This document shows positions 41,658 to 56,047 of a stretch of DNA of 64,000 nucleotides, one piece after another. The position numbers and the translations under genes are program-made. Location of the stretch: the NCBI GenBank assembly GCA_964016885.1, contig OZ024740.1, positions 41,416,001 to 41,480,000 of the forward strand, in the 5' to 3' direction. The notes beneath the pieces were generated by a model. That model did no database searches and was not told the DNA's origin. It saw nothing but the letters and a program-made list of their open reading frames with translations. The DNA comes from Eledone cirrhosa (lineage: Eukaryota). How positions within the stretch are numbered: the first letter of the stretch is position 1; each line of letters opens with the position of its first letter.

Positions 41658-42894
41658 TTTCTATTTGTAGCAGCATGTGAAGGTGTGATGCATATTGTAC
41701 CAGTACAGCCAGTCGAGAGATCAATAGTCCATACCCTGTTATTGGACTTTTGTTTTATAACTGACCTAACGTCTCACATCTGGCCGTTTGTTGTATCAGT
41801 CACCCTAAGGTTTCACATCTGGAGATGTGTTGTATCACCCTAAAACAACATCACAAGAGACACCGATTGAACTTTAAAATATGTTATCGTTGCAATATTA
41901 CCCCCACAAAACACCAGTTAATGAATATATATTGATTATATTGATAGATTCGCAAGCTGGAGATCAAATTGGATAAATTATTAGATATGGTAGCATGAAA
42001 CATTTGAAGAAATATCTGCAAATCTTAGATAGGCCAACAAGAAAAGTTTGAATTGATACCCGTATATTAAAAAAAACAAAATCTCTTTCGAATTTTGCGT
42101 TCTGGCAAATTGCCATTTTGTTTTACCCATACGTAGTTAATGAGGGTAAAAAGAATGCTTCCAGCACAATTATTAATTTCTTTTGACTAGGCACGACGCC
42201 AAAAATGTTTTTGGAAAGACTAAAGTAACTTTTATCAGTATGTTTGTTGAATCTATTTGGCCGTTCTCTAGTAAACTGCAAAGTATAGTCGACCACAATA
42301 ACGGAAGAAAATTTAAGCAAGGAAGTGAGTGAAGATGAAACAGGCTACTGAAGTTAGTTTAGACTGACGTCAGTATATTTCCAAATTACTTGTACTCAAT
42401 TTGTCAATCCTCGTATCGGATGAGAATCACACTATCAGATCAAATTTAAGAATATAAATTAATTCCATATATGACAATTTTTATTCTTACTTTAAAATTA
42501 TTTTGTGGTTACTTTCTTATTTTTTTTTTTTATCTAAGACTCTCCTAAATCTATACGATAGTTCAAATGTCCTCAAATACCGTCCACACCCTGTATATAT
42601 ATGGATAAAAGGAAGATTGCTAAGTCTTTAAATTTATTAGGGCTAGAGTCGACGAACCCGTAAAGGCGAACCAGCGTATAGATTTAGAAGAGACTTAGAT
42701 AAATTGAAACAAGAATTAAAGTGGTAGAAAAGACAGGGACTTCCATAAAATCACCGATCAGTAGGTCAAGATGGTGTAAACAAAACAAGAGAGGAAAGAA
42801 GAGAAGACAGAGAGGAAAACAAATAGTTATTGAGGAGGTGATAGAATGTGTTTTTATTGGCAATTTTGGCAATATGACCAACTCCAAATATAAT

Positions 42895-43515
42895 AATTAT
42901 TTCTACATTCAGACCAAGGCCAGTAATTTGAAGAGAAGGGATAAGTTGATTAAATTGACCCCAGTGCATGAACTAGTACTTTATTTTATCGACTTCGTAA
43001 GGAGGAAAGTAAAGCTAACTTCTACGGGTTTTGAACTCAGAAGATAACGAACTGAAAAAATACTGCTTAGCATTTGTCCGTCGCTCTACCAATTCTACCA
43101 ATCCATCACCTATAATAATAATAATTATTATTATTTTTGGCAGTATCGGTGGAGGGTCGGACGCCATGCTTTCCAGCATAGTTACGTCCCTTTACGATCT
43201 GGGTTCAAATCCCGCCGAGGTTGACTTTGCCTTTCATCCTTACGGGGTCGATAAAATAAAGTACCAGTAATGCACTGGGTTATTGCTGGCTTTGTGCCTA
43301 AAGTAGAAACAATTATTTCTAGTATGGACACAAGGCCAGCAATTTTGGGGGAGGGGAAAGTCGATTAAATCGACCCCACTACGTAACTGGTGCTTTATTT
43401 TATCGACCCCGAAAGGATGAAAGGCAAATCCATCGGCGATATTTGAACTCAGATGGGCCACAACTCTATACGGCAAAGCATCGTATATGACGCTCTATCG
43501 ATACTGCCAAACCAC
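42895..43515. mobile_element. Cluster of three tRNA-headed SINEs (-, +, -)
   Basis: SINE core and B-box at about 42895-43110 (-), 43138-43315 (+) and 43315-43515 (-). Confidence 0.7.
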
Positions 43516-43658
43516 CGCGCACTCTCTGTCTCTCCCTCTCTCTCTCACACACACGCACACATAATATATACACACACATATATATACTCCATTATGCTCA
43601 TTTTGAAGAAGTAAAATGACGTCGAGTGCTTGAATTGAATTGCATCCTTATCTACCGA

Positions 43659-43770
<112 letters not shown>

Positions 43771-43838
43771 TTAAAATGAAATTTAAAAATGAAATCTAAA
43801 TTTAAGACTTAGCAATCTTCCTTTTATCCATATATATA

Positions 43839-44215
43839 CAGGGTGTGGACGGTATTTGAGGACATGTATTTTTAGTCATTATTTTATTTGACTAATTTTT
43901 ATTGAACTTCCATTTCAGAAAATAACAATGATAATAACTATGCTTACTAATGAAATGAAAAGGCATGCTGAGATTGTGGCCTTGAAGGCTAAACATGGTG
44001 ATTTAGAAATTTCTCGTTTTCTGAAAGTTGCAAGATTTTTTGTCCACAAGATTCGGTGTGAGTTAGAGAAAGATGATGGAAGCGTATTACCTGTATCAAA
44101 ACGTAAAAAACATTCCAAACGCTCTGATTCTATCAGGACACCTGAATTTATTCAGGAAGTTAAGCAAAACATTGATAACAATCCAGGAAAATCAATAAGG
44201 TCAATTGCAAAACAT
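43839..44215 (+). mobile_element. maT/mariner 5' fragment (TIR plus N-terminal DNA-binding region)
   Basis: TA|CAGGGTGTGGACGGTATTT resembles the TIR at 1946. The ORF MKRHAEIVALKA..EISRFLKV..NPGKSIRSIAK is HTH-like. Confidence 0.75.
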
Positions 44216-44228
44216 ATATATATATATA

Positions 44229-44693
44229 CTAGCAACAGGACCCGGCATTGCACGGGGTAGGAAACGAAATAGCAACACGCATAGGCAAAGATTGAGGAAT
44301 GTAGCTGTGTACATTTTGAATTCCCAGGGAATGATTGTTCATCTACTGGAAACGTAGAACACCAGCAGGCCGAATCCAGTAGTAGCAGTGTCAGTGGGCT
44401 GATTGCGGAAATCCTGTATGCGAAAGGTGTAAGTAAGTGTTGTGGGGCGATGTATGCCGTACGTCTGTTCACGAATTACGTCACGGATGGGGAACACACG
44501 TCAGTCTGTAGGAGCGACGTACTCAATTGTGTGAAAACCAAGTAGGGATGAAAAAATAAAAATCTTTTTAGCCCATTGCACTTCAAGAAATATAAGTAAC
44601 GCACTGTAAATTTTGAAAAAATCGGTCGGGTACTTCTCGAGTTTTAGGGATTTACATAGACAGACAGACACACACAGACAGACAGACATCCTC

Positions 44694-44705
<12 letters not shown>
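44229..44705 (-). mobile_element. Non-autonomous Helitron-like element
   Basis: Reverse complement reads tatataaaacagaggatgtctgtctgtctg...ccccgtgcaatgccgggtcctgttgCTAG|T. Confidence 0.65.
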
Positions 44706-44746
<41 letters not shown>

Positions 44747-45254
44747 TATGTATACGTACATACATATACGTATACAGACGCACAGTAGTATGTATATACA
44801 CACATACATGCACACACATATATATATGTACGTATGGGTTTAACGAACATTTATTATAATGTTCGGTTTGTTTGTAAACAAACAGCCCGAATTAAGCCGT
44901 ACAGTGTTCGGCAACCATCGTTGCCCTTTTGTTCAACACTGACAAAGGAACGATGAACTAGTTTCTAGCTTATTAGCTGTCATCAGCACCGTATACCTTC
45001 CTGTCAGTCGATTGAACGTTTGAAAGTATATACTTTCCTTTATTTTATGTTCGTTTTTATCAGTTATTTATTAAATATTTTGTGATGTTTTTATGTTCCC
45101 TAGTTCATGAAGCAATAATCATGGCGGCAATAATAAAATATAAACCACCAAATTATAAACCGCCATTAAAATGTTTCATTTGTCATTTACTTATATTCAG
45201 GATTAATTAAATGCTTCAATAGCTTTTCACTTGAGAACTGGCATGGCGACGATG

Positions 45255-45286
45255 ATGGCGACAGCAGCAACAGCAGCAGCAGCAGA

Positions 45287-45317
<31 letters not shown>

Positions 45318-45580
45318 GCAACAGCAACTACAACAACAATCACTACAACAGCAACAACTACTACACACACTACCTTAACCAACACCGCCACAACAACAAT
45401 AACAACACAACCACCACCAACACGACAGCAACAACAACTAAAACCCTCGCCACAACAACAATAACAACACAACCACCACCTCGACAAACACAACAACCAC
45501 CGCAACCACCGCCACAACAACAACAATAACAACAGAATCAACACCAACATAGCAACAACAACTACAACCACAACTACATG
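45255..45580 (+). repeat. (CAG/CAA)n degenerate trinucleotide repeat
   Basis: Directly visible. Confidence 0.85.
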
Positions 45581-45647
45581 TGTCAAAGCATGGCGTCCAC
45601 CCTACCGATACTGCCAATCCACCTCCTTGTGAAATACTATTATACTA

Positions 45648-45830
45648 TTTCTACTTTTTGGCACAAGGCCAGCAATTATCCAAGTGTATTACTGGTACTT
45701 TATTTTATCGACCCCGTAAGGATGAAAGGCAAAGTTAACCTCGGCGGGATTTGAACTCAGATCGTAAAGGGCCGTAACTCTTTGTGCCAAAGCATGGCGT
45801 CTGACCCTCCACCGATACTGCCAATCCACC
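45648..45830 (-). mobile_element. tRNA-headed SINE
   Basis: Near-identical to 10660-10834. Confidence 0.78.
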
Positions 45831-45980
45831 GATTATAATGATATTAATATTAATATTTGTTGAGATAATACAATAACCACTAATTTCTAGAACTATCCAC
45901 TTTCCCAATTTATCTTACTGTTAATATTATTGGAGTAATCTACATAAATATATCACTCTTCTGTTATTATTATCAACTAC

Positions 45981-46043
<63 letters not shown>

Positions 46044-47237
46044 AACTTACTGTTAATATCACAATAATTTGAGTAATCTACATAAATATATCACTTCTGT
46101 TATTGTTATCAACTACCCCCTCCCTCTCTTTCTCTCTATCTCCCGCTCTCCTCCCCTCTCTCTCACTCTCTCCCCCTCTCTCTCACTCTCTCCCTCTCTC
46201 TCCTCTCCTCAAAACTTACCGTTAATATCATATTCATTACAGTGATTTACATGAATATATCACGCTTCTGTTATTGTTATCAACTACCCCCTCTCTCTAC
46301 TCTCCCCTAAATTTACTGTTAATATCACATTTATAAATATATTACTCTTCTGTTATTGTTATCAACTACCGCTCTCCTTTTCTCTCGCTCTCTCTATCGA
46401 TCTATCTCCCTCTCTCTCTACTCTTCCCTAAACTTACTCTTGATACAATATCACATATATTGGAGTGATCAACATAAATATATTATTCTTCTGTTAATGT
46501 TATCAACTACCGCTCTCGTTTTACTTCCCCCACCTGGTAAACCTAAACTCTCTACTAATAAAACAAAGGTCAGTTTTAACCCTTTAGCATTTACATAACT
46601 CTATATCTACTATTATATTTTCATGGTAAAGTCTTTATCTTACATAATATCTCACATAATATCGAATCTATGAGATTTTGATATTATTTATTTTGAGAAC
46701 AATACCTTAACATCAGTGTGAACATCGGTTAAACACCAACAGACACATCACCCACATTTCTTTCTTTCTTTAGAATAGATCATTGCAATTTTGTATTACT
46801 ACAGATACGATCACTATTTTATTCAGTATGTAAATAAATGACAAAAACAACAACAACAAGACACAGGGGAAGATGCTCGTGGGACAATGCAAGAACTACA
46901 CGCAATGCAACGCAACTATTTGTTTCTCTTAGTTGTTTATATTCCCCTGAGGCATACCCCCTTTTTCTTTTTCATCTTTCCCCATCTTTCTCACGTATCC
47001 GATTTCGAGCTTTGTCCTAGTCATAAGACATTTTTTAATATCTACTTAAAATATATGCTACATTATAAATACCACATCAAAACTCAAAGTAGTCAGTTCA
47101 AACCTTTTGCCATATCAAGTAGTTTATAAAATTGTACAAATAAATCAGTCACACACATGTACACCAGGAACCAAACGCAGAGATACCTAACTCCCACTTT
47201 CACCGCCTCCGTCTCTCCAGCTCTCCCCATCTCTCAT

Positions 47238-47430
47238 GGTGGATTGGCAGTATCGGTAGAGGGTCGGACGCCATGCTTTGACGCATTGAGTTACGGCCCT
47301 TGCCATTCTGAGTTCCAATCCCGCCGCGGTTAACTTTGCCTTTCATCCTTACGGGGTCGATAAAATAAAGTACCAGTAATGTACTGAGTAATTGTTAGCC
47401 TTGTGCCAATAGTAGAAACAATTATTATGA
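47238..47430 (+). mobile_element. tRNA-headed SINE
   Basis: ggtggattggcagtatcggtagag head, gagttccaatcc B-box-like sequence and the conserved core. Confidence 0.78.
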
Positions 47431-47445
47431 ACAAATGGGGATCCA

Positions 47446-47753
47446 CGCGCTGGAAGCCTCGCGGCCCCAGCGGACAGAATAGAGAAGGCGTTTCCCCGGA
47501 GGATGGTGAGGGAGATGCGTTGGAAGAGCCATTCCAGCTCGCGAGGCTCACTCATGCGGGTTGCCAGCTCTGTGCCGATGGTGGTGAGTAGGGATGCGGC
47601 CCTAGGGCCAAGGACACCAGAAGTCTCCACTGCTACGGGCGCGAATGTAAACCTGTGAGAGAGCCACCGATATTTGGAGAGTTTACCCTCGTCAGCCCGA
47701 GGTGCAGCAGAGCCGGAGTTAGTTGCAGACTGCACCAGGTTGCCGCTGGAGAA
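47446..47753 (-). mobile_element. CRE-clade-like RLE 3' fragment, copy 2
   Basis: KLSKY..APVAVETSG..LFQRISLTILRGNA; homologous to 31750-32060. Confidence 0.72.
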
Positions 47754-48098
47754 TGTGACGCTTTATATTTTCTTGTCTACTTTACAGTTTTTTCAAGTCA
47801 ATAGTCGTTCTTGTCTGTACACTGACTCGTCACAGCTCAATGTCGTGTTTTCCCCATGCCATACTACCATTTTTGTGTATTTTCAGTACGTTAGTTGTTA
47901 TGTTGTTGTACGGTCATACACGGATCTTTCTCAGTAGCTGTTTTCCACAGCCAATTTATATACTGCACATAAATAGCAATCCTACCCGTAAGCTGTACGA
48001 AAATCAAGGGATGGCTAACACGAGAGAGACACTTTTCTTCGTCCGCTGTATTCGTTTTCTTTCCCTTGTATACATACATACATACATACATACATACA

Positions 48099-48190
<92 letters not shown>

Positions 48191-48255
48191 TGTATGTATG
48201 TATGTATGTATGTATGTATGTATGTATGTATGTATGTATGTATGTATGTATGTAT

Positions 48256-48843
48256 GTCGCGGAAGGCGATACAATCCAACGCCGGGAGGGGATGAGTGGC
48301 GGAGGAGAGACCACCGTGCCGGCGGAACAACATCATGAGAATCGGGAGAGGGCCCTAGCAGATCAAGGGCTAGGCGTCCGAAATGAAAAAAATAACGACA
48401 GAGCATGTAACTGCAGAGCGGACACCCAGTGCCCCTTGCAGGGAAGATGCCTAACGAAGGGCCTGGTATATAAATGTGTGGTTAGCACGCACAATATAAA
48501 GCGCATCTACATCGGCGCAACATCTATGACCTTTAAATCGCGGATGTATAACCACACGAACTCTTTCAAGGACCGCAGTAAGAGGCACTTTACTAAGCTA
48601 GCGGACCTGGTGTGGGACTTGAAAGACAAAGTCACCCCGTACGCCCTTGACTGGAGTATCTTTCGGCACGCGAATGCATACTCGGCTGGAAGTAGAAAGT
48701 GTAGTCTATGCCTATACGAGGCCATGGAGATAGTCAGACTGAAGAATGATGCGGTCAACCTGAAATCGGAAATAATCATGACGTGCAGACATCAGAGAAG
48801 GTGCACACTCTCCGCATGGAATCCACCGGGAAGCCCGGGCTAA
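48256..48843 (+). mobile_element. Penelope-like (Naiad-type) GIY-YIG endonuclease 3' fragment
   Basis: CNCRADTQCPLQGRC, GLVY..IYIGAT..FKSRMYNH..SF, CSLCLYE and NLKSE..CRH. Confidence 0.85.
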
Positions 48844-49564
48844 AGGCATACGGCGGAGCGCACGCCGACCAGAGCGGCGAAACGGGTTCAAGGGATCAGA
48901 CACCATACCCTGATGACAGTATATGCCCCGTGGGGTAAACCAAATTAACCCAAGATGCATACCCGACTCTGCACGTCACCTTAGGCAAGAACATCGCCTG
49001 AGCCGGGACAGGTTGACTCGGATTCCACTGACTTTCAGTCAAATACCTTACATCTATAGGACAACATACCTCAACCACAGTGATATACTCCAGTATGGCC
49101 GGTCCACGCACCCACATGCATGTGTACCTTTTCAATCGAGAATCCATACTCTCCACGTATTCCATTTTGGAACACATATTATTTGTTCCGTTACAGGCCC
49201 AAGTGTACATCTCATACTCCTCATGTGTACTATCTCATATGCATACACATCCCTTCTTCTTTTTTATATATATCTCTATGTGACGTTATATGTATATTTT
49301 CAATATATTGTATATTTCTTTTTTTTTTATGTGTGGCATATATGTATGCGTATATGTATATATGTGTGTATATATAAATATATATATGTATGTATATGTG
49401 TATGTGTACGGATGTATGTATATGGTTATATTGTTTATATATGTGCATGTTTACAACAAGATACATCCTTTAATGTATGACGTTATATGTATATTTTAGT
49501 ATATTATAGTTTTTTTTATATATGTGTATGTATGTGTGTGTATGTACATATGTGTGTGTGTGTG

Positions 49565-49609
<45 letters not shown>

Positions 49610-50000
49610 ATGGATGTATGTATATGGTTATATTGTTTATATTTGTGCATGTGTATAACAGGATACATCCTTTCATGTATGACCCTTTGTATGACCCATT
49701 GTGTAGCTTTATATGACTTTGTGTGTATATCACATTTGTGTATAGACAGATGTATGTATGTATGTATCTTTGTAGACGTGCGTGGGCCTGTAGGTAATAG
49801 GCGCATATTTATAAGACTGTATATGAGCCAGTGTGTGTGTGTGTGTGTGTACGTGCACCCAATGTAGGGTAAGGGCTTGTTTATGTGTATATATATATAT
49901 ATGTATATAATGGAAAAATTTGAACAGGAACAAAACAGAGAGGCAGTACAACGAATGTTTATTAATTTCACGCTCTGGAGAGTTGGGTGGTGGTGGGGAA

Positions 50001-50032
50001 CGACGTTTCGGGCATAAGCCCTTCCTCAGGTG
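50001..50032 (-). ncRNA. Minimal Penelope-type hammerhead ribozyme
   Basis: Reverse complement reads ac-CTGAGGA-a-gggc(ttat)gccc-GAAA-cg-TC-gt. Confidence 0.72.
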
Positions 50033-50325
50033 AGAAGTGTGTGGGAACAGAGTTCAAAGGGTGTGTAGGGGAGTGGTGGAGAGACATATAGCGAAAGGAA
50101 ACGGTGCGAATGAAATTAAAATTAAAAATAAAGCATGATCAAAATAAAAGGAATGAAATAAAAATAAATATAAAAGCATGATCAAAATAAACTGAAATTA
50201 AAAAGGGGTAAAACAGGTGGTGGAAGGGTGTGGGGTGTGTAGGGGTGGTGGCGGGTGGAGTGGGGAGAGGGAGACGGGGTGTCCGAGCGGGGAGGGCTGA
50301 AGGTGGTGTGTGTGTGTAGGTGTAC

Positions 50326-50356
<31 letters not shown>

Positions 50357-50754
50357 AAAGTAAGGGTTGGGGGAAGAACGGGGTTGCATGTTCAGGAAGA
50401 GGTGTGTGTGTGTGTGTGTGGGGGGGGGGTTGTAGGTCGGAGTGTCTGTGCGTGTGTGGATAGAGGGGTGGGGGAGAGGAATCAGGAGGCTGAGGGTGTA
50501 AATATGTGGTGGAAAGCACGTGTGTGTGGGGTTTAAGCGTGTTGTGGGTGTAGGTGGCGTGTGGGAGAAAAAAAATATGTATATATATATACATATATAT
50601 GTGTTTGCGAGCGAGTCTGTTTTTGTGCCTGTATATATGGACAAGTGTGTGTATGTGCGTGTGCGTGTCTATGTCTATGTCTGTACGTGTTTGTGTATAC
50701 GAGTAGATATACGCGTATGCATGTGTGTGCGCCTGTGTGTGTGTGCGTGCGTGC

Positions 50755-50821
<67 letters not shown>

Positions 50822-50954
50822 TTGATGTACGTGGACATGTAGGCAGGCGTCTGTGGACGCGTACGTCTATAGCTTTATGGGTTCTCTTTAGGTGCGTATA
50901 TATAGCGGATGTTGTTATCTATATGATTGTGTGTGTGTGTGTGTGAGTGTTTGC

Positions 50955-50987
<33 letters not shown>

Positions 50988-51314
50988 AGTGCGCGCGTGG
51001 ACGTGTGAACTACCAAACTCAGCAGGGATTCATTGAAGTGTGGCAGAAAAAAGGACAGTTAATGGTAAGTTAGACAGTACCTGTTAGTCAAAATTTATCA
51101 TGACGTAGAAAAACAACACCCAATAGCAGGACGAGCGAAGAGGATGTTTTTTGACGCTAACACCCTAGTGAGAAAATTTGATCGGAAGTCATTAGAAGTG
51201 TCCGACGAACCTGCAGATCTAGAATCAGACAGATCCACACAATGATCGTGTTTGCCGGCGAAACAATTGTAACAAACAATATAAATTGAGTTGAGATGCA
51301 TCACTGATTTTTCG

Positions 51315-51385
<71 letters not shown>

Positions 51386-51488
51386 TATATAAGTATATAA
51401 GTATGTATGTACGTATACATGCATACTTACATTTAAGTAAGTGCCATACTAAGAGTGAGAAATGAAATTTCGTTTTCATTTTGTTTCA

Positions 51489-51534
<46 letters not shown>

Positions 51535-51606
51535 AAGTGTGGTAAGAAACTAGGTGGACCATACGCACCAGAGTACCCGATACTTATGGTAGTAGAGTGG
51601 GTAATA

Positions 51607-52025
51607 GGAAAAGAGTCAGGACTCCGACGGCTGATCTCCGGCCGTTTCGACAGCTAGATCCGAACTGTTCGGATCTAGCTGTCGAAACAACCGGAGCTCT
51701 GCCATCGGGGTCCTGACTCTTTTCTTATATATATAAAGAAAAAAAGATGAAATCGAAAATGCAACTGGAGTCCTATTTTTAAAAAAATATATATATTTAT
51801 TTGGTTCCTTTACCGGTTTCGCAGTTCTTCTGCTTTTCAAAAGTAGAGTTGAGATGGAGAGTCTGTGGTTTTTCTCACAGTGAGAAAAATCACAGACCCT
51901 CCATCTCAACTCTACTTTTGAAAAGCAGAAGAACTGCGAAACCGGTAAAGGAACCAATAAATATATATATTTAAAAAAAAATAGGACTCCAGTTGCATTT
52001 TCGATTTCATCTTTTTTTCTTTATA
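51607..52025. repeat. Two adjacent long palindromes in the TA-embedded repeat family
   Basis: 51607-51724 is centred on ccgaac-t-gttcgg. 51732-52025 is centred on ttctcac-a-gtgagaa with arms of about 145 bp. Confidence 0.85.
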
Positions 52026-52086
52026 CTTTCACTCGTGTAGGACACCTCGGTTATTTTTCATTTTGTAAAAAAAACCTCACTTTCTA

Positions 52087-52124
<38 letters not shown>

Positions 52125-52149
52125 ATATTTTTTGTAAAAAAAACCTCAC

Positions 52150-52246
<97 letters not shown>

Positions 52247-52287
52247 AAATAAGATTTCGCTTCAAGCATAGCTTTATACAATATGTA

Positions 52288-52595
<308 letters not shown>

Positions 52596-52648
52596 GGTGT
52601 TGGATGCTTATCGCGTCCGTATGCGGTAGGCCGTTTGAGCACTCGATG

Positions 52649-52726
<78 letters not shown>

Positions 52727-52978
52727 GGCATCGTCATGTTGCCAATATAGTCAATATAAAGGAACACACGCACCATACAATTTCCACTTTATCTTTATTG
52801 TTCATTATATATTTGTTTTGCAAAGTTCTTTCGTGACACATTCTACGACTTCCTCCATGATTATTGGTTTTGTGCCTCCTCTTTTTCCTGGTCTTAAACT
52901 TCTACTCCATCTTGTCTTTGTATGTTTTGTGGTGTGCTTTTTTGTGTGCTTTTCTGTGCATACATTTGCACTTGCGCC

Positions 52979-53060
<82 letters not shown>

Positions 53061-53076
53061 TGTGTGGGTGTGTGTG

Positions 53077-53124
<48 letters not shown>

Positions 53125-53128
<4 letters not shown>

Positions 53129-55714
53129 CTGGGAAACGAGGGAGACAAAGCTGTTAGCTGGGCCCGAGTGACGGAGGCAAAAAGTGGCAACAAGTCCACG
53201 ATTCGGTCTTTGAAGGACCAAAACGGACGCGTGATACGTGAGCCGAAGCAGATGTGTGCGGCCTTTCAGCGGCACTTTGCTCAACTATTCGGGAAGGGCG
53301 GCGCGCCGGGAGGGGCTATGGATTTCGGTTTATACCTCGACGGCCTACCGCGACTCTCGGACAGCGAGGCAAAGTTCTGCGAAAAGCCGATTTCAGCCGC
53401 TGAGATAGGGGACGCGCTGAGCCAACCCGGCAAACGCAAATCTCCAGGTCTCGAGGGTCTACCCTACGAATTTTACGTAGCAATGCCGGACTTATTCTTC
53501 GGTCTCCTGGAAGCGGTCTACTGCAACTGGCAACAGAACGGGAGAATTCCCAGTTCTGTAACCGGGGGCGTAGTCACACTAGTCAGGAAGGACGAGAATA
53601 AGGGGGATGATATAGGCAGCTTACGACCCATAACTCTGCTAAACACAGAGTTACAGATTTTGACCAAGGTGTTGGCAAAGAGGCTGGCGCTTGTCGTCGA
53701 GAACCTGGTGGGAGAAGCGCAGACATGCGCGATCCCGACCAGGTCCATACACGACAACCTCCACCTCATGCGATACATCATAGAGAGGGTAGGGTGTAAA
53801 CCCGGCTTCGGTGGGGCCCTGATCAACTTGGATCAGTCTAAGGCTTTCGATAGGGTTGACCATCGTTACCTGGAGGCGGAAGGCTTCGGACCCGTGTTCA
53901 GGGGCTGGATTGCTGCAATGCACAACAGCAACATCTGCTCAAGGGTCAAGGTGAACGGCTACCTCTCGGAGCCGTTCCATATTGCGCGATCCATTCGACA
54001 GGGATGCTCTCTCTCCTCCCTTCTGTACGTACTGACTCTCGAGCCACTACTGTGGAAGTTGGAGCTATTGCAGGGCATCCCTCTGGAACCTGGACTGCGG
54101 AAAGCGACGTCGGCCTACGCCGATGACGTGACAGTAATGGTGTCGAGCGCCTCGCAAATCGAGGAAGTCGGCACCTTACTGAAGGAATACGAAAGTTTCA
54201 CAGGAGCGACGCTGAACCGGGACAAGTCCATCGGTTTGCAACTCGGATCGTGGAGAGGCAAACCGATGCCTTCCGATGGCGTCGTCGGACGCTGGACGGA
54301 AGGACCGGTAAAGCTGCTCGGGGTCTGGCTTGGTCCGGACCTCCAGGTGGAGAAGAACTGGAACGAAGTGACGGCCAAGGTGTTTGCACTCACCCAGAAG
54401 TGGGCCGAGTGCAAACTATCCTTGAAAGGTCGAGCGGAGGTGGCGAACACTTTTATAGCGTCCGCCATCTACTACCGCTTGACCGTCATGCCTTCTCCAG
54501 CCAAAACGCTCGCCAAAATGGAGCGCGCGCTCTTCCAATTCCTTTGGAAGAGGCGGGCTCCTTTGGTGAGAAGATCCATCTGCTGCTAACACCCTTCTAA
54601 CGGAGGGCTGGGGATGCCGTGGTTGACGATGCGCAAACACGCGCTCAGGCTGCGGCATCTCTACGTATTCCTCACCGGAAAACCGGTGTGGGCCCCGTTC
54701 ATGAGGCGAGCCTTCCCACGACTCATCTTGCTGACCGAGCTGCAGTCCTGGGTCAAGCAAAGACCGAGGAAAATGGGCGACTGGCACATCGAATGTGCTC
54801 AGGCGCTCACAGCCCTCTGGCAGGCGGACCCGGCGATCAGTGGAGACTCCACTTCGTCATTCTATAGAGGGTTGATCCGCAGCAAGTGCGACGACGCGCT
54901 AGGTGAAACTCTAGGCGTAGAGGAAGATGATCTGGCCAGTCTCTTTGGTAGGACCTTCCGCCCGGGACCGATGGACAACTTCCAAAAGTCCCTGGCCTGG
55001 CAGTGCTACCGAGGAGCTCTACCAGTTCGAGACAAGCTCTACAGACATGGGCGCCCGGGCAGGGACCCTGCAAAAAAGATCTGTCCGAGGTGCGTGCGTA
55101 ACGAAGAAACCGTCGCGCACGCATTCATACACTGCCCGGGCGTCACTGACCCGTGGGGCTATGTAGAACGACTATTGTCGCGGGTGGGACCAATCCGGTT
55201 GACCACCGAGTCCATTGTCATGATCAAACCGCCACCCTCCTTCAAAAACGAAGGAGAGGCGGTTTTCCTTTGTGTGATAGCTATGGTGAAAGAGGTTGTA
55301 TGGTGGACAAGGTTGAAAGGGCTGAGGTCAGACACCTTTCTCTCCGGTCAACAACTGATTATTTTTTTCAAATACCACTTTGGAAGAAGAATCAGGATGG
55401 AGAGAGAGGTGCTGTACCCCAGCAAGTTTTATGAAAGGTGGGTGAAATGGCGAGAATGCCCCGAATGAATGGGCCTTCTCTCTATATCAGCCTGTAGGTT
55501 GAAGAAAAGGAGGAGGAGAGGAAAGGAGTACAAACTCTTCGTACTCCTGGAGTTGAGGGTTGCACATTTTTTCGGGTGCATGTGTTACCCATATGAAAAT
55601 CGACTAATTTTTTAAATTGCATTTGTGATAACATTTTACACGTTTTTATTGTATGTAAACTTCCCCCTTTGTATTTGTCCCCTTCTTTTGTGCCCATGTG
55701 GCTAATAAAGAAAC
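53125..55714 (+). mobile_element. Tx1/L1-clade LINE copy 4, 5'-truncated; close relative of copy 2
   Basis: RT with AYADD, stop at 54587-54589, CCHC CPRC..HAFIHC. AATAAA at 55704 followed by (TATC)n at 55715-55812. Confidence 0.93.
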
Positions 55715-55715
55715 A

Positions 55716-55792
<77 letters not shown>

Positions 55793-56047
55793 CTCTATCT
55801 ATCTATCTCTCTCTTTTGATCTAGCTGTCGTCTGTTCTACAGTGTGGATGTCATTCACTTCGCACAGAAGTTTTGTTCAAATTTATTGAGGAAATTTTGT
55901 GAGTTCAAACTTAATTTTGATACAATTATGTAGCTTGACCCTCCGTCTGAACTGTAAGGCGGTGGGTCAGCTCATCTTTACCCCTCCTAGAGGTGAAAAA
56001 CCTGTTTTAAAAAATTTTGTGTAAAAAATTTCAATCGTCTAACAGAA

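Noticed and set aside
42648-42680. Degenerate hammerhead-like string tcgacgaacccgtaaaggcgaaccag
   Set aside because: Both core boxes are mutated and the stems are imperfect.
45227-45586. Poly-Ala/Thr/Gln or membrane-protein-like ORFs
   Set aside because: They come from a degenerate CAG/CAA trinucleotide repeat with no supporting gene structure.
47238-47330. tRNA gene
   Set aside because: The A/B-box-like motifs belong to a multi-copy SINE head and do not form a cloverleaf.
48400-48970. Selenocysteine/SECIS as reported for some Naiad elements, or a hammerhead at ccctgatgacag (about 48909)
   Set aside because: The cysteines of the CxC..C..C motif are TGT/TGC and there is no in-frame TGA. The ATGA..AAA spacing does not fit a SECIS, and no GAAA closes the putative stem II.
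52922-53124. N-terminal extension of the 555-aa RT ORF
   Set aside because: It is an open frame through (GT)n upstream of a 5'-truncated Tx1, not a real fusion protein.
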